DNA of 64,000 nucleotides from a virus (Duplodnaviria; Heunggongvirae; Uroviricota; Caudoviricetes): IMG/VR virus record IMGVR_UViG_2667527582_000007; one strand, 5' to 3'. Shown piece by piece: positions 54,007 to 64,000 of this stretch (position 1 is its first letter; each line of letters starts with the position of its first letter). The notes under the pieces were generated by a model. It saw only the letters and a program-made list of their open reading frames with translations, ran no database searches and was not told where the DNA came from. The position numbers and the translations under genes were made by a program.

Positions 54007-54082
54007 GGGTCGTTAGCTCAGTTGGTAGAGCAGTTGACTTTTAATCAATTGGTCGCAGGTTCGAATCCTGCACGACCCACCA
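54007..54082 (+). tRNA. tRNA-Lys (UUU)
   Basis: GGGTCGTTAGCTCAGTTGGTAGAGCAGTTGACTTTTAATCAATTGGTCGCAGGTTCGAATCCTGCACGACCCACCA. Confidence 0.95.
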
Positions 54083-54125
54083 TCCTGAATGATTAAAGCA
54101 GCATAATCCCGCAAGGGGTCGTTAG

Positions 54126-54201
54126 CTCAGTTGGTAGAGCAGTTGACTTTTAATCAATTGGTCGCAGGTTCGAATCCTGCACGACCCACCAGTTTTAACA
54201 T
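54126..54201 (+). tRNA. tRNA-Lys (UUU)
   Basis: Identical tRNA-Lys sequence. Confidence 0.95.
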
Positions 54202-54337
54202 CAAACTCAGATGTTAAGCGTGAAGGATAACGTTACGCCAGCAACGGCCCGTAGGGCGAGCGAAGCGAGTCATCCTGCACGAGCCACCAATTTTAAAGAT
54301 TGGTTCCGAGTAGAAATCTTTCAGGTAACACCCATAT

Positions 54338-54413
54338 GGGTCGTTAGCTCAGTTGGTAGAGCAGTTGACTTTTAATCAATTGGTCGCAGGTTCGAATCCT
54401 GCACGACCCACCA
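54338..54413 (+). tRNA. tRNA-Lys (UUU)
   Basis: Identical tRNA-Lys sequence. Confidence 0.95.
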
Positions 54414-54464
54414 CTAATTACGGTGGGTTCGGTGGAAGTAGTTTGTAGTATCCAGCGCAGTATC

Positions 54465-54528
54465 GGGTGATTAGCTCAGCTGGGAGAGCACCTCCCTTAC
54501 AAGGAGGGGGTCGGCGGTTCGATCCCGT
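54465..54528 (+). tRNA. tRNA-Val (UAC), truncated by gap
   Basis: gggtgattagctcagctgggagagcacctcccttacaaggagggggtcggcggttcgatcccgt. Confidence 0.85.
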
Positions 54529-54582
54529 NNNNNNNNNNTGCCGATCTGACGTATGTCATTACCTATGAAATGTGAGGACGAT

Positions 54583-54718
54583 ATGCCTGTACCAAATCCA
54601 GCAATACCGGTGAAAGGTGCCGGAACCACCCTGTGGGTTTATAACGGGAGCGGCGACCCTTATGCGAACCCGCTTTCAGACGTTGACTGGTCGCGTCTGG
54701 CAAAAGTTAAAGACCTGA
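54583..54718 (+). CDS. V: major tail protein V, N-terminal part
   Basis: [45 protein letters not shown]. Confidence 0.85.
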
Positions 54719-54728
54719 NNNNNNNNNN

Positions 54729-55207
54729 CTTCGTGGTCGCGGTGGATGCAGAAGTGGCTGCTGATAGTTGTGATGCTGCGGCATTCGTTTCTGACGTTTT
54801 CGCCGCACCGGCACTGGTGGCTGCCGCGCTTTTTGAGGACTCTGCAGCGGCAGCACTTTTTAATGCTTCAGTGGCCTTTGTTGATGCCGTTCCTGCGCTG
54901 GAAGATGCTGACTGAGCAGATGATGCAGCCTGTCCGGCTGACGTGCTGGCGGCACGTGCTGAGCCTGCAGCATCGGTTGCATGGGTTGCCGCCTCACGGG
55001 CAGATGTGCCGGCATCGCTGGCTGACTTCTTTGCGGCTGCCGTGTTCTGTGCCACTGCGGACGCGTTATGCGCCACCTCTTCCACCATCAGTTCAAAGCG
55101 GCGCAGTGCCTCCGGACGGGCATCATCCTCCGTCATGGCACCAAGAAAATCATTCAGCGTACCCGGTTGTGAGTCTTCATACACGGTGATGGTCCCGGCA
55201 TGCGATG
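54729..55207 (-). CDS. stf: Stf side tail fiber N-terminal-region fragment
   Basis: SHAGTITVYEDSQPGTLNDFLGAMTEDDARPEALRRFELMVEEVAHNASAVAQNTAAAKKSASDAG... Confidence 0.75.
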
Positions 55208-55217
55208 NNNNNNNNNN

Positions 55218-55480
55218 TTCCGTTGCGCAGGGTAAGTCACTGTGTGGATTATCATAACGGTAGCGGGTGATATCGCCGTCAGGGGCAGTTTCCTGAATCA
55301 GACGGCCCAATTCATCATATTCCCGGCGTATTTCCAGCCCGTCAGGCCCGGTGGCTGACGTTAACTGGCTGTGGTGGTTATAGTAAAACGCCGATGCCCT
55401 GCCATCCGGCGTGGTGATGCGCGTGATGAGGCCCGTCACCACATCCGGGCTGTACTCTGTTGTCCTGCCTGCGGCATCCG
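55218..55480 (-). CDS. rhs: Rhs core (YD-repeat) fragment
   Basis: MVTGLITRITTPDGRASAFYYNHHSQLTSATGPDGLEIRREYDELGRLIQETAPDGDITRYRYDNPHSDLP. Confidence 0.75.
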
Positions 55481-55503
55481 NNNNNNNNNNATTACCTGGC
55501 TAA

Positions 55504-55817
55504 TCAGAACTTATAACCGACACCCACGATGAACCCGTCAGTGCGCCAGTTGCCACTGCCGGAGCCTTCATAAGCGACATCAACGGCCACGGATTCGGTC
55601 GGGTTAAACTGCACGCCAGCTCCCCACGCCAGAGAGGTGTTACTGTGGCGAGCGTCATCACTTCCGGTCAGCACGTCGTGCGTTTTTCCCTTGTTGTCAG
55701 TTACGCGGAGATAATCCCCGGAAAAAGTCGACACACGGCTGTAAGCCACGCCTGCCATCGCATACGCGCTGAACCATTCATTCACGCGTACAGACGGCCC
55801 CGCCATCACGCTGAACC
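55504..55817 (-). CDS. lom: Lom C-terminal fragment
   Basis: ...FSVMAGPSVRVNEWFSAYAMAGVAYSRVSTFSGDYLRVTDNKGKTHDVLTGSDDARHSNTSLAWGAGVQFNPTESVAVDVAYEGSGSGNWRTDGFIVGVGYKF. Confidence 0.85.
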
Positions 55818-55880
55818 NNNNNNNNNNCAGGGTATAAGCCATTATCAAGCCCCCCGTAGATAGGCTTTGTAATGACATCT

Positions 55881-56405
55881 TCAATTAATCAGCAGTTCAG
55901 GCTGTGTCACCTGCAAGATGTATTCATGCTCGACAGCCAGGACACGCTTCTCTTTCTTCCGTTCGTTCATTAACCGACTGCCGATCGTACCTTTCAGCTT
56001 TGAGCGTGTTTCTTTGATGGCGTAGCGGTGCTGCATTTCTTCGCCAATTGCCATGCGGCGGCTCAGTTGTTCTGCCATCCAGTTGAATGCTGCGATATAG
56101 CTCTCCTTGATTGCCGCAGCAGCTTTCCCGGTGAACCCCATCACAACCATGATCCAGCCATCTTTCGTCAGGCTGTACATCGGGCGAACCTTGCCCTGCT
56201 CATCGATATAATCAGCCGACGCAAAATTGCGTTGGCTAAACTCACGCGAGCAATCAGCCTTAACCTGCTCGATTTTCCTGAGAACATCACTGTGTCGCTT
56301 GCCGAAGTACTTGGCAATTTTTCTGGATGTGGTAACGACCTCTCCGTTTTTGGCTTGCACCATTTCTCGGAAGTCGAAGGCTGGAATAACTGAATGATTA
56401 TTCAT
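55881..56405 (-). CDS. Rha-family phage regulatory protein
   Basis: MNNHSVIPAFDFREMVQAKNGEVVTTSRKIAKYFGKRHSDVLRKIEQVKADCSREFSQRNFASADYIDEQGKVRPMYSLTKDGWIMVVMGF...; N-terminal region typical of Phage_pRha. Confidence 0.6.
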   Translation of the reverse strand: MNNHSVIPAFDFREMVQAKNGEVVTTSRKIAKYFGKRHSDVLRKIEQVKADCSREFSQRNFASADYIDEQGKVRPMYSLTKDGWIMVVMGFTGKAAAAIKESYIAAFNWMAEQLSRRMAIGEEMQHRYAIKETRSKLKGTIGSRLMNERKKEKRVLAVEHEYILQVTQPELLIN

Positions 56406-56901
56406 AGCGTCTTTACCTTTTAGAAAGTGAGCCTGTCTCACAGAAAAGCCGCCCGAGAGAGGTCGCCACCTATAACGGCATTTCTCAGGCTCGCTTACTG
56501 AAAGGCTCTCGTTAATATGCGCGTGAGATGCGCTGTGAAATTCAGATATAAAAAGCCCCGCGAATGCGAGGCTAAATCCTGGTATTTGTAATGAACTGGC
56601 TCTTATCTCAACGCAGCCCCTTACTGCGCGCCAGATGCTCAATATCAAGCATCAGCAATGAGATGTTTAATCTGGATTTACTCCAGAAGTGATCACCACC
56701 CTGTCTACAGAGCCAGATGTGAAGGATGATGAGTAAAATTATCGCTATCATCGAAGGCATTGCGTCCTGATATATTCCTGAAGCGTTCTCAGTGCTGTCT
56801 GGTCTCTGATGATTCCGTCCCGGATACCGAGAACGTTTCGTCCAGCAACTGGAGAGAGTTCGACGGTGGCATCATTGCCCATGCCGGAGGCNNNNNNNNN
56901 N

Positions 56902-57097
56902 CAAGCGTCGCATCAGGCATTGTGCGCCAACTGCCGGATGCGGCGTGAACGCCTTATCCGGCCTACGGTTCGGCACAAACCTGTAGGCATGATAAGACGC
57001 GACAAGCGTCGCATCAGGCATTATGCGCCGACCGCCGGATGCGGCGTGAACGCCTTATCCGGCCTACGGTTCGGCACAAACCTGTAGGCATGATAAG
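56902..57097. repeat. REP/BIME array
   Basis: Repeated gcctgatgcgacgcttgtcgcgtcttatcatgcctac / ccggatgcggcgtgaacgccttatccggcctac units. Confidence 0.8.
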
Positions 57098-57107
57098 NNN
57101 NNNNNNN

Positions 57108-58231
57108 CATCGATGTGAAACAGTGCTACCCGAACACGGCCCTGGTCGGCGTGCAGGTGGATTCGGAGCAGTTCGGCAGCCAGCAGGTGAGCCGTAATTA
57201 TCATCTGCGCGGGCGCATTCTGCAGGTGCCGTCGAACTATAACCCGCAGACGCGGCAATACAGCGGTATCTGGGATGGAACGTTTAAGCCAGCATACAGC
57301 AACAACATGGCCTGGTGTCTGTGGGATATGCTGACCCATCCGCGCTACGGCATGGGGAAACGTCTTGGTGCGGCGGATGTGGATAAATGGGCGCTGTATG
57401 TCATCGGCCAGTACTGCGACCAGTCAGTGCCGGACGGCTTTGGCGGCACGGAGCCGCGCATCACCTGTAATGCCTGGCTGACCACACAGCGTAAGGCGTG
57501 GGATGTTCTCAGCGATTTCTGCTCGGCGATGCGCTGTATGCCGGTATGGAACGGGCAGACGCTGACGTTCGTGCAGGACCGACCATCAGATAAGGTGTGG
57601 ACCTATAACCGCAGTAATGTGGTGATGCCGGATGATGGCGCACCATTCCGCTACAGCTTCAGCGCCCTGAAAGACCGCCATAATGCCGTTGAAGTGAACT
57701 GGATTGACCCGGATAACGGCTGGGAGACGGCAACAGAGCTTGTGGAGGACTCGCAGGCCATTGCCCGTTACGGTCGTAACGTCACGAAGATGGATGCGTT
57801 TGGCTGTACCAGTCGGGGGCAGGCGCACCGCGCCGGGCTGTGGCTGATTAAAACAGAACTGCTGGAGACGCAGACCGTGGATTTCAGCGTCGGCGCAGAA
57901 GGGCTTCGCCATGTACCGGGCGATGTCATTGAAATCTGCGATGATGACTATGCCGGTATCAGCACCGGCGGGCGCGTGCTGGCGGTGAACAGCCAGACCC
58001 GGACGCTGACGCTCGACCGTGAAATCACGCTGCCATCCTCCGGTACCACGCTGATAAGCCTGGTTGACGGAAGTGGCAATCCGGTCAGCGTGGAGGTTCA
58101 GTCCGTCACCGACGGTGTGAAGGTGAAAGTGAGCCGTGTTCCTGACGGCGTTGCCGGATACAGCATATGGGGGCTGAAGCTGCCGACGCTGCGCCAGCGC
58201 CTGTTCCGCTGTGTGAGTATCCGTGAGAACG
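57108..58231 (+). CDS. J: J protein N-terminal/central fragment
   Basis: CYPNTALVGVQVDSEQFGSQQVSRNYHLRGRILQVPSNYNPQTRQYSGIWDGTFKPAYSNNMAWCLWDMLTHPRYGMGKRLGAADVDKWALYVIGQYCDQSVPDGFGGTEPRITCNAWL... Confidence 0.85.
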
Positions 58232-58241
58232 NNNNNNNNNN

Positions 58242-60292
58242 CCCGGTCGCAAAATGGAATTTCGCCGCAGCTGCCTGAATGGCTGTACCGCCTGACGCGG
58301 ATGCGCCGCCACCAACAGCCCCGCCAATGGCGCTGCCGATACTCCCGACAATCCCCACCATTGCCTGCTTAAGCAGAATTTCTGTCATCATGGACAGCAC
58401 GGAACGGGTGAAGCTGCGCCAGTTCTGCTCACTGCCGGTCAGCATCGCTGCCATATTCTGTGCAATACCATCAAAGGTCTGCGTGGCTGCACTTTTTACC
58501 TGCGACATACTGTCCGTGGCGCTCTCTTCCCACTCACTCCAGCCGGACTTCAGGCCTGCCATCCAGTTCCCGCGAAGCTGGTCTTCAGCCGCCCAGGTCT
58601 TTTTCTGCTCTGACATGACGTTATTCAGCGCCAGCGGATTATCGCCATACTGTTCCTTCAGGCGCTGTTCCGTGGCTTCCCGTTCTGCCTGCCGGTCAGT
58701 CAGCCCCCGGCTTTTCGCATCAATGGCGGCCCGTTTTGCCCGTTGCTGCTGTGCGAATTTATCCGCCTGCTGCGCCAGCGCGTTCAGGCGCTCCTGATAC
58801 GTAACCTTGTCGCCAAGTGCAGCCAGCTGGCGTTTGTACTCCAGCGTCTCATCTTTATGCGCCAGCAGGGATTTCTCCTGTGCAGACAGCTGGCGACGTT
58901 GCGCCGCCTCCTCCAGTACCGCGAACTGACTCTCCGCCTTCCACAAATCCCGGCGCTGCTGGCTGATTTTCTCATTTGCTCCGGCATGCTTCTCCAGCGT
59001 CCGGAGTTCTGCCTGAAGCGTCAGCAGGGCAGCATGAGCACTGTCTTCCTGACGATCGCCCGCAGACACCTTCACGCCGGACTGTTTCGGCTTTTTCAGC
59101 GTCGCTTCATAATCCTTTTTCGCCGCCGCCATCAGCGTGTTGTAATCCGCCTGCAGGATTTTCCCGTCTTTCAGTGCCTTGTTCAGTTCTTCCTGACGGG
59201 CGGTATATTTCTCCAGCGGCGTCTGCAGCCGTTCGTAAGCCTTCTGCGCCTCTTCGGTATATTTCAGCTGTGACGCTTCAGTATCGCTCTGCTGCTGCGC
59301 ATTTTTGTCCTGTTGAGTCTGCTGCTCAGCCTTCTTTCGGGCGGCTTCAAGCGCAAGACGGGCCTTTTCACGATCATCCCAGTAACGCGCCCGCGCTTCA
59401 TCGTTAACAAAATAATCATCCTTGCGCAGATTCCAGATGTCGTCTGCTTTCTTAAACGCAGCCTCTGCCTTAATCAGCATCTCCTGCGCGGTATCAGGAC
59501 GACCAATATCCAGCACCGCATCCCACATGGATTTGAATGCCCGCGCTGTCCTGTCTGCCCAGGTCTCCAGCGTGCCCATGTTCTCTTTCAGGCGGCGGGT
59601 CTGGTCATCAAACCCTTTCGTTGCGGCCTCGTTCGCCGCCTGCAATGCCCCGGCTTCATCGCCGGAACGCTGCAACTGAGCAACATACGCAATCTGCTCC
59701 GCCGTCACGTTATGGAACTGGCGTGCCATCGCCGTCAGCCCCGACGTCGGGTCTGTGGTCAGCTTCCCGAAGGCTTCTGCGACCTTGTCCACCTCCACGC
59801 CGGATGCAGAGGAGAAACGCGCCACACTCTGGCTGATGGACGCAATCTGAGCCTCACCGCTTACCCCCGCCTTAACCAGTGCGCTGAGTGACTCGCTGGT
59901 CTGGTTAAACGTCAGCCCTGCCGCCTGCCCGGCTCTGGACAGGACCAGCATACGATCTGCCGTCAGACCCGACTGATTACCGGAAAGGACCAGCGTTTTG
60001 TTGAAATCGGACAGGGTTGAGTTGCCCTGATACCAGGCATACGCCAGCGCACCGGTCGCCACCGCCAGCGAGGTGGCCCCCACCATCGGCAGGTTGATCG
60101 CACCGGCAAGCCCCCTGAACATGGGGATCATCCCGCCGAAGGAGTCCTTCACCTGCCCCCCCTGTTGCAGCAGGATCAGCCACGGACTTTGCCCGCCTGC
60201 AAGCTGCGTGGCCACGTCGGTGAACTGTGCAGGCAGCATACGCATGGCGGCTTTATACTGCCCGACGGAAATCCCCGCTTTCTGTGCAGCCA
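58242..60292 (-). CDS. H: tail tape-measure protein H, central ~680 aa (both ends in gaps)
   Basis: MRMLPAQFTDVATQLAGGQSPWLILLQQGGQVKDSFGGMIPMFRGLAGAINLPMVGATSLAVATGALAYAWYQGNSTLSDFNKTLVLSGNQSGLTADRMLVLSRAGQAAGLTFNQ... Confidence 0.9.
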
Positions 60293-60302
60293 NNNNNNNN
60301 NN

Positions 60303-61040
60303 CTCAAAGCCTCAAGAATTGCCTTCCGGGTGGATTCCTCTCCGTAATGGGCAAGCGCATCATTCCAGTCACCAAAAACCGGTGGCAGCACAATGTCACA
60401 CTGACACGCTTTTGCAGCAGCTTCAGCCCTGTTCTGGCCTGAACTATTCAGATCTCGGTCCGCTGCAATAATTAGCTGATACCCCGGATACTTGTTATGG
60501 GCAACGCTGGCCAGAGAAAGAAAGTTGACCGCCGAAAATGCCACCATGACGGCTTCTCCAGTCAGATGATGAATGGTAAGCGCCGTGGCGTAGCCTTCCG
60601 TAATCCACATTCTTCTTACTGAACTCCCGCCCCCTTCTATAAGATGATAGGCCTCCTTAACCTGACCTCCTTTAAGAAAACACTTGCTACCATTGCCACT
60701 GATAAGCTGAATATTCACCAGCTCCCCGTCAGCGTTATAGAGCGGGACGATCAAATCACCGGGGCGGAACATCACCCCACCGGTTTTATGAGCTGAAGTC
60801 AGCTCATGGCAAATATGTTCCGGGAAACCTTTATGTGTAAGATAAGTATTTCCGGCAGATTCGCGCGAGGCTTGCAGCAGTCGCGCGGCAAGTGCTGCCG
60901 CTGCATCTTTCCCGCTATCGGTATCGGCGGTTAACGTCCTGACTTCGGAATTAGCTATAGACAGGCCATGTGCCATTCCATGTATCCTGTCAGCTGCTTC
61001 ACTGATATCCACATTCAGTGCCCTGGTGACAAGCGCTAAA
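60303..61040 (-). CDS. P4 alpha-like primase fragment (second copy/variant)
   Basis: ...LALVTRALNVDISEAADRIHGMAHGLSIANSEVRTLTADTDSGKDAAAALAARLLQASRESAGNTYLTHKGFPEHICHELTSAHKTGGVMFRPGDLIVPLYNADGELVNIQLISGNGSKCFLKGG... Confidence 0.6.
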
Positions 61041-61050
61041 NNNNNNNNNN

Positions 61051-61309
61051 ACAGCATTTTGGAATAACCGACACGGGCAGACTTCACCACATTCACCTCG
61101 CGGATGTAGTCGCTGCCCATCGCATTCATGATGGCCCGCTGAAAGGGCAGTGTTTCCCAGCGCCCTTCCTGGTATGCGGATTCTTTCGGGAGATAGTAAT
61201 TAGCATCCGCCCATTCAACGGCGGTCTGTGGCTCCGGCCTGAACAGTGAGCGAAGCCCGGCGCGGACAAAATGCCGCAGCCTGTTAACCTGACTGTTCGA
61301 TATATTCAC
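61051..61309 (-). CDS. A: terminase large subunit A, N-terminal part
   Basis: MNISNSQVNRLRHFVRAGLRSLFRPEPQTAVEWADANYYLPKESAYQEGRWETLPFQRAIMNAMGSDYIREVNVVKSARVGYSKML. Confidence 0.9.
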
Positions 61310-61829
61310 TCAGCAACCCCGGTATCAGTTCATCCAGCGCGGCTGCTTTGTTCATGGCTTTGATGATATCCCGTTTCAGGAAATCAACATGTCGGTTTTC
61401 CAGTTCCGGAAAACGCCGCTGCACCGACAGGGGGATCCCGTCGAGAATACTGGCAATTTCACCTGCGATCCGCGACAGCACGAAAGTACAGAATGCGGTT
61501 TCCACCACTTCAGCGGAGTCTCTGGCATTTTTCAGCTCCTGTGCGTCGGCCTGCGCACGCGTAAGTCGATGGCGTTCGTACTCAATAGTCCCTGGCTGGA
61601 GATCTGTCTCGCTGGCCTGCCGCAGTTCTTCAACTTCCCGGCGCAGCTTTTCGTTCTCAATTTCAGCATCCCTTTCGGCATACCATCTTATAACGGCGGC
61701 AGAGTCATAAAGCACCTCATTACCCTTGCCACCGCCTCGCAGAACGGGCATTCCCTGTTCCTGCCAGTTCTGAATGGTACGGATACTCGCACCGAAAATG
61801 TCAGCCAGCTGCTTTTTGTTGACTTCCAT
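61284..61829 (-). CDS. Nu1: terminase small subunit Nu1 (181 aa)
   Basis: MEVNKKQLADIFGASIRTIQNWQEQGMPVLRGGGKGNEVLYDSAAVIRWYAERDAEIENEKLRREVEELRQASETDLQPGTIEYERHRLTRAQADAQELKNARDSAEVVETAF... Confidence 0.9.
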   Translation of the reverse strand: MEVNKKQLADIFGASIRTIQNWQEQGMPVLRGGGKGNEVLYDSAAVIRWYAERDAEIENEKLRREVEELRQASETDLQPGTIEYERHRLTRAQADAQELKNARDSAEVVETAFCTFVLSRIAGEIASILDGIPLSVQRRFPELENRHVDFLKRDIIKAMNKAAALDELIPGLLSEYIEQSG

Positions 61830-62006
61830 TGTTCATTCCACGGCCAAAAACAGAGAAAGGAAACGACAGAGGCCCAAAAGCTCGTTTTCAGCACCTGTCG
61901 TTTCCTTTCTTTTCAGGGGGTATTTTAAATAAAAACATTAAGTTACGACGAAGAAGAACGGAAATGCCTTAAACCGGAAAATTTTCATAAATAGCGAAAA
62001 CCCGCG

Positions 62007-62018
62007 AGGTCGCCGCCC
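62007..62018 (-). other. cosN cohesive-end site (canonical lambda sequence)
   Basis: Plus strand aggtcgccgccc = minus strand GGGCGGCGACCT, followed on the minus strand by cgcgggttttcgctatttatgaaaattttccgg (cosB) and Nu1. Confidence 0.75.
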
Positions 62019-62217
62019 CGTAACCTGTCGGATCGCCGGAAAGGACCCGCAAAATGATAATAATTATCATCTGCATGTCACAACGTGCATCTACGCAATC
62101 AAACCACGTCAAATAATCAATTATGACGCAGATATCGTATTAATTGATCTGCATCAACTTAACGTAAAAACAACTTCAGACAATACAAATCAGCGACACT
62201 GAATACGGGACAACCTC

Positions 62218-62451
62218 ATGTCAACGAAGAACAGAACCCGCAGAACAACAACCCGCAACATCCGCTTTCCTAACCAAATGATTGAACAAATTAACATCGC
62301 TCTTGATCAAAAAGGGTCCGGGAATTTCTCAGCCTGGGTCATTGAAGCCTGCCGCCGGAGACTGTGCTCAGAAAAAAGAGTTTCTCCTGAAGCAAACAAA
62401 GAAAAGAGTGACATTACTGAATTGCTCAGAAAACAGATCAGACCAGATTGA
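62218..62451 (+). CDS. small basic putative DNA-binding protein (ribbon-helix-helix-like)
   Basis: MSTKNRTRRTTTRNIRFPNQMIEQINIALDQKGSGNFSAWVIEACRRRL...; Arg-rich N-terminus then beta-alpha-alpha-like segment. Confidence 0.35.
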   Translation: MSTKNRTRRTTTRNIRFPNQMIEQINIALDQKGSGNFSAWVIEACRRRLCSEKRVSPEANKEKSDITELLRKQIRPD

Positions 62452-62492
62452 AGCAATTTAGATAATCGTGCAGACTACGCCCCTCATATCAC

Positions 62493-62918
62493 ATGGAAGG
62501 TACTACAATGGCTCAGGTTGCCATTTTTAAACAAATATTCGATAAAGTGCGAAAAGATTTAAACTGTGAATTGTTTTATTCTGAACTAAAACGTCACAAC
62601 GTCTCACATTATATTTACTATCTAGCCACAGATAATATTCACATCGTGTTAGAAAACGATAACACTGTGTTAATAAAAGGACTTAAAAAGGTTGTAAATG
62701 TTAAATTCTCAAGAAACACGCATCTTATAGAAACGTCCTATGATAGGTTGAAATCAAGAGAAATCACATTTCAGCAATACAGGGAAAATCTTGCTAAAGC
62801 AGGAGTTTTCCGGTGGGTTACAAATATCCACGAACAAAAAAGATATTACTATACCTTTGATAATTCATTACTCTTTACTGAAAACATACAGAGCACATCA
62901 CAAATGTTTCCACACTAA
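62493..62918 (+). CDS. prophage YbcV-like protein (DUF1398-like)
   Basis: [67 protein letters not shown]...; resembles DLP12 YbcV from memory. Confidence 0.45.
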   Translation: MEGTTMAQVAIFKQIFDKVRKDLNCELFYSELKRHNVSHYIYYLATDNIHIVLENDNTVLIKGLKKVVNVKFSRNTHLIETSYDRLKSREITFQQYRENLAKAGVFRWVTNIHEQKRYYYTFDNSLLFTENIQSTSQMFPH

Positions 62919-63154
62919 ACCATAACGTCCGGTTTCTTCTACCCCTGCACCGGACTGGCTGACATGAAGAGCAACCCCGCGTTCAGTTGACGCGTTAATA
63001 ACCCGGTGTGCATCGTTTTTGATTATTCCCGCACACTCACGCAGAAGGAATTCCCCGTCGGGCTACGGTCATGGTTAATGCGGGAATACGGCGACGATAC
63101 AGCGCATGATGTGTCAGGCTTGAATACCTTTATCCGTTAAAAGGNNNNNNNNNN

Positions 63155-63410
63155 GCGACATCCGACGCCATTCATGGCCATATCAATGATTTTCTGGTGC
63201 GTACCGGGCTGAGAGGCGGTGTAAGTGAACTGTAGTTGCCATGTTTTACGGCAATGAGAGCAGAGATAGCGCTGATGTCCGGCAGTGCTTTTGCCGTTAC
63301 GCACCACGCCTTCAGTAGCGGAGCAGGAAGGACATCTGATGGAAATGGAAGCCACGCAAGCACCTTAAAATCACCATCATACACTAAATCAGTAAGTTGG
63401 CAGCATTACC
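63155..63410 (-). mobile_element. insA: IS1 5' part (insA) with left terminal inverted repeat, inverted orientation
   Basis: Minus strand [67 protein letters not shown]; IR ggtaatgctgccaacttactgat ends at ~63410. Confidence 0.85.
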
Positions 63411-63605
63411 CCCTTTCCCTGTTGGAGATATTCCGATATTCACCTATTTATACCAATACCTCCATTCTTCATTAAGGGCTAAGGAGCGGTTTGCTTGAGC
63501 TAGTAGTAACGTCCGTTCCTGGCACAAAGCGGACAGTGATCACCGTTCTTACGACTACTTTCTGACTTCCTTCGTGACTTGCCCTAAGCATGTTGTAATG
63601 CGATA

Positions 63606-63632
63606 CTTGTAATGACATTTGTAATTACAAGA
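63606..63632 (+). promoter_or_regulatory. relBE operator-like inverted repeat
   Basis: cttgtaatgacatttgtaattacaag palindrome immediately upstream of relB. Confidence 0.5.
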
Positions 63633-63642
63633 GGTGTAAGAC

Positions 63643-63882
63643 ATGGGTAGCATTAACCTGCGTATTGACGATGAACTTAAAGCGCGTTCTTACGCCGCGC
63701 TTGAAAAAATGGGCGTAACTCCTTCTGAAGCGCTTCGTCTCATGCTCGAGTATATCGCTGACAATGAACGCTTGCCGTTCAAACAGACACTCCTGAGTGA
63801 TGAAGATGCTGAACTTGTGGAGATAGTGAAAGAACGGCTTCGTAATCCTAAGCCAGTACGTGTGACGCTGGATGAACTCTGA
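63643..63882 (+). CDS. relB: RelB antitoxin (79 aa)
   Basis: MGSINLRIDDELKARSYAALEKMGVTPSEALRLMLEYIADNERLPFKQTLLSDEDAELVEIVKERLRNPKPVRVTLDEL. Confidence 0.9.
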   Translation: MGSINLRIDDELKARSYAALEKMGVTPSEALRLMLEYIADNERLPFKQTLLSDEDAELVEIVKERLRNPKPVRVTLDEL

Positions 63883-64000
63883 TGGCGTATTTTCTGGATT
63901 TTGACGAGCGGGCACTAAAGGAATGGCGAAAGCTGGGCTCGACGGTACGTGAACAGTTGAAAAAGAAGCTGGTTGAAGTACTTGAGTCACCCCGGATTGA
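63882..64000 (+). CDS. relE: RelE toxin, N-terminal part (window end)
   Basis: atggcgtattttctggattttgacgagcgggcactaaaggaatggcgaaagctgggc... = MAYFLDFDERALKEWRKLGSTVREQLKKKLVEVLESPRI; start overlaps relB stop. Confidence 0.85.
   Translation, partial: MAYFLDFDERALKEWRKLGSTVREQLKKKLVEVLESPRI

Noticed and set aside
58279-59891. Several 140-190-aa ORFs antisense to the tape-measure gene H
   Set aside because: Low-complexity Arg/Pro-rich translations of the opposite strand of a well-supported H gene.

Overview
This window is Escherichia coli-type DNA, but it is not one contiguous locus. About 96 runs of N (95 of 10 nt, one of 269 nt at 34014-34282) cut it into short contigs, and nearly every contig begins or ends in repeated DNA, so gene order across gaps cannot be trusted. 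I do not see an intact novel defence or other system. What is present: (1) fragments of at least two lambdoid prophages (Nu1/A, W, B, C/Nu3, D, E, FI, FII, Z, U, V, G/T with its frameshift site, H, M, L, K, I, J, lom, stf, cos, Rha, relBE, an S21-type holin); (2) P4-like satellite pieces (alpA, ogr/delta, alpha primase); (3) insertion sequences (many IS1 ends, IS2, ISAs1/H-repeat, IS200/IS605-family tnpB); (4) Rhs element pieces, REP/BIME arrays and LDR (ldr/rdl type I toxin) repeats; (5) tRNA operon pieces plus an rrn-type promoter and T1-type terminator; (6) a few longer chromosomal stretches (serU-mtfA-tRNA-Asn-cbl-nac-tRNA-Asn; bcsEFG followed by two tandem ldr copies; corA; rclA; ymdE-ycdU-serX). 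The most notable observations are IS1 abutting codon 3 of cadC, IS1 54 nt upstream of rclA, a tandem LDR duplication beside bcsG, tRNA 3'-end duplications at serX and serU, a divergent second cos site and a divergent second corA fragment, and three TnpB 3'-end fragments. All calls come from reading the supplied ORF translations and nucleotide motifs against remembered protein and RNA sequences; no database search was run, and coordinates may be off by a few nt.
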